Shown in pieces: positions 62,440 to 64,000 of a stretch of 64,000 nucleotides of DNA (its first letter is position 1; each line of letters starts with the position of its first letter). This DNA is from Torpedo marmorata (Eukaryota): NCBI GenBank assembly GCA_977017645.1, contig OZ360239.1:68076001-68140000 (forward strand), read 5' to 3'. The position numbers and the translations under genes were made by a program. Below the pieces are notes generated by a model. That model saw only the letters and a program-made list of their open reading frames with translations, was not told where the DNA came from and searched no databases.

Positions 62440-62790
62440 TTCTCAGGTGGCCAGGATGCCAGAAGATATCAGTAAACATGATTAGCTTCAAGAAATATTA
62501 ATATGATCATAGCAAGTACGAGAAATCTCCCTGCTGTCTGCCATAGGAAAAGCATGAACAAATCATTCTCACACGTCCCCTCTTGGTGGCCAAAGAATCA
62601 ATCGCAATGCAGATTCAAACCACCCAGAAGCACAATAGACATGATTTTCACAACATCAAATCCAAATAAAATGGAGAATAACATCCACGTGCCTTTTTAA
62701 AAAAGAAACCTCAAGAAAAAGCCTTTCACTCCCATCACTGAGAAGGATTATGGAGAAATTTGCCTGTTGACAAAAACTTTTACTGTTTAG
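62440..62790 (+). mobile_element. RTE-clade LINE RT remnant
   Basis: ISLLSAIGK and SQCRFKPPRSTIDMIFT (cf. ESQCGFR..RSTIDMIF) motifs. Confidence 0.65.
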
Positions 62791-63124
62791 CATCACACCA
62801 AGAAGACTATCACAAAATGGTTTAAGTTACTTGCAAGGTATTTAGGAAACAGGAGACTTGTTTCTTTTTGGTTGTATCAGAACATTTAAAACAGGATAGA
62901 CCCAAATATGAGCATCTTGGTTGTAATCAGCATGCAGAAGGATTTGACAACACTACCTCAGTGAGGCTCAGCAATGTCCACTTTAAACCTCGCACAGCTG
63001 AAATCACATTTGGCAGTATGAAATATTAGCCCTATTTGAAAAGATCAACTACTCAGTTCAGTTGCTGGGTGATTTGTTTCTGGCTGCGCAACAATTATTG
63101 TGCATTTGGTGCTTTTTATAGTTT

Positions 63125-63935
63125 TAGAATGTAGCACATTACAGCACAGAACAGGCCCTCCGGCCCACGATGTGTCGACCAATATAAACCTACTCCACAA
63201 CAATCTAACCCTTCCAAATTTCACATTTATTGTCAGAGTACATCACATACAACCCTGTTTTCTGTGGGCAAGGCAGAATTACCACTTATTGGTAGTGCAA
63301 AAAAAAACTGTACACAACGTACACATGTAAACAAATAAAGAACTGTAAACAGATAACGAATGTAAACAAACTGAATGTGCAATAAAGAGAGAATAAAATA
63401 AAATCAATAAAGTGCACAAGTAAGAGTCCTTAAATGAGTCTCTGATTGAGTTTGTTGTTGAGGAATCTGATGGTGGAGGGGTAGCAGCTGTTCCTGAACC
63501 TGGTGGTGCGAGTCTTGTGGCACCTATACCTATTTCCTGATGGCAGGGAATCCTGATGATACCCTCTCTCACACCCATAACCCTCCATTTTTCTTACATT
63601 CATGTGTCTGTCTAAGATTCTTTTAAATGTGCCTTCTCAGGCACCCACCATTCTGAATAAAAACTTACCCTGATATCTCTCCTAACCTTTCCTCTCCTCA
63701 TCTTGTACAGATGTCCTCTGGTGTTTGCTACTCTCGCCCCGGGTTAAAGGTGCTGGCTGTCGACCCCATCTATGTTTCCCATAATCTATTAAGTCACCTC
63801 TCATCCTTCGTTCCAAAGAGAATAGCCCAAGCACTGTTAATCTTGCCTCATAAGACACGTTCTCCAATCCAGGCAACATCCTGATAAATCTCTGCACCGT
63901 CTCCATAGCCTCTACATCCTTCCTGTAATGAGGTT
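63125..63935 (-). mobile_element. CR1 3' fragment interrupted by a Rex1-like 3' fragment (~63215-63546)
   Basis: ETVQ-RFIRMLPGLE.VSYE.RL..LGLFSLE motif. The CR1 tail at 63125-63210 is separated from the body by a TTTATTGTCA-tailed insert. Confidence 0.75.
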
Positions 63936-64000
63936 ACACATTTCAATAGTTATCTGAAGCTGCACATTTCTACAGAGGGTAGAGTGGCAGGTGCTGAAGG

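Overview
Eukaryotic, repeat-dense intronic DNA, not prokaryotic. The repeat families (HE1-type SINEs, CR1, Rex1/Babar, L1, Penelope-type hairpins) point to a cartilaginous fish, probably a ray; that is inference. The only host gene I can support is IPMK (inositol polyphosphate multikinase) on the minus strand, with two internal coding exons (34261-34357 and 26972-27144). Most of the rest is a nested stack of transposons. (1) A Gmr1-type Gypsy LTR element (1366-14718, integrase upstream of RT, SCAN-like gag) sits in a CR1 remnant and carries a full-length L1, which in turn carries a Rex1 copy. (2) A Mag-type Gypsy (39515-44613). (3) Several L1 and Rex1/Babar copies, most L1s with clean TSDs, plus CR1/L2/RTE remnants and several MITEs. 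The most unusual signal is a set of small TA-flanked Tc2/pogo-like non-autonomous DNA transposons carrying unrelated cargo. One holds a decayed copy of the start codon and DM-domain N-terminus of a DMRT1-like sex-determination gene (54795-54964). One holds partly duplicated fragments of a class III (ERV-L-like) retroviral reverse transcriptase (16407-17207). One holds a GC-rich tandem array. Together they suggest a Pack-MULE-like sequence-capture behaviour in a vertebrate Tc1/mariner-superfamily MITE. All family assignments come from motif recognition by eye; no database search was run.
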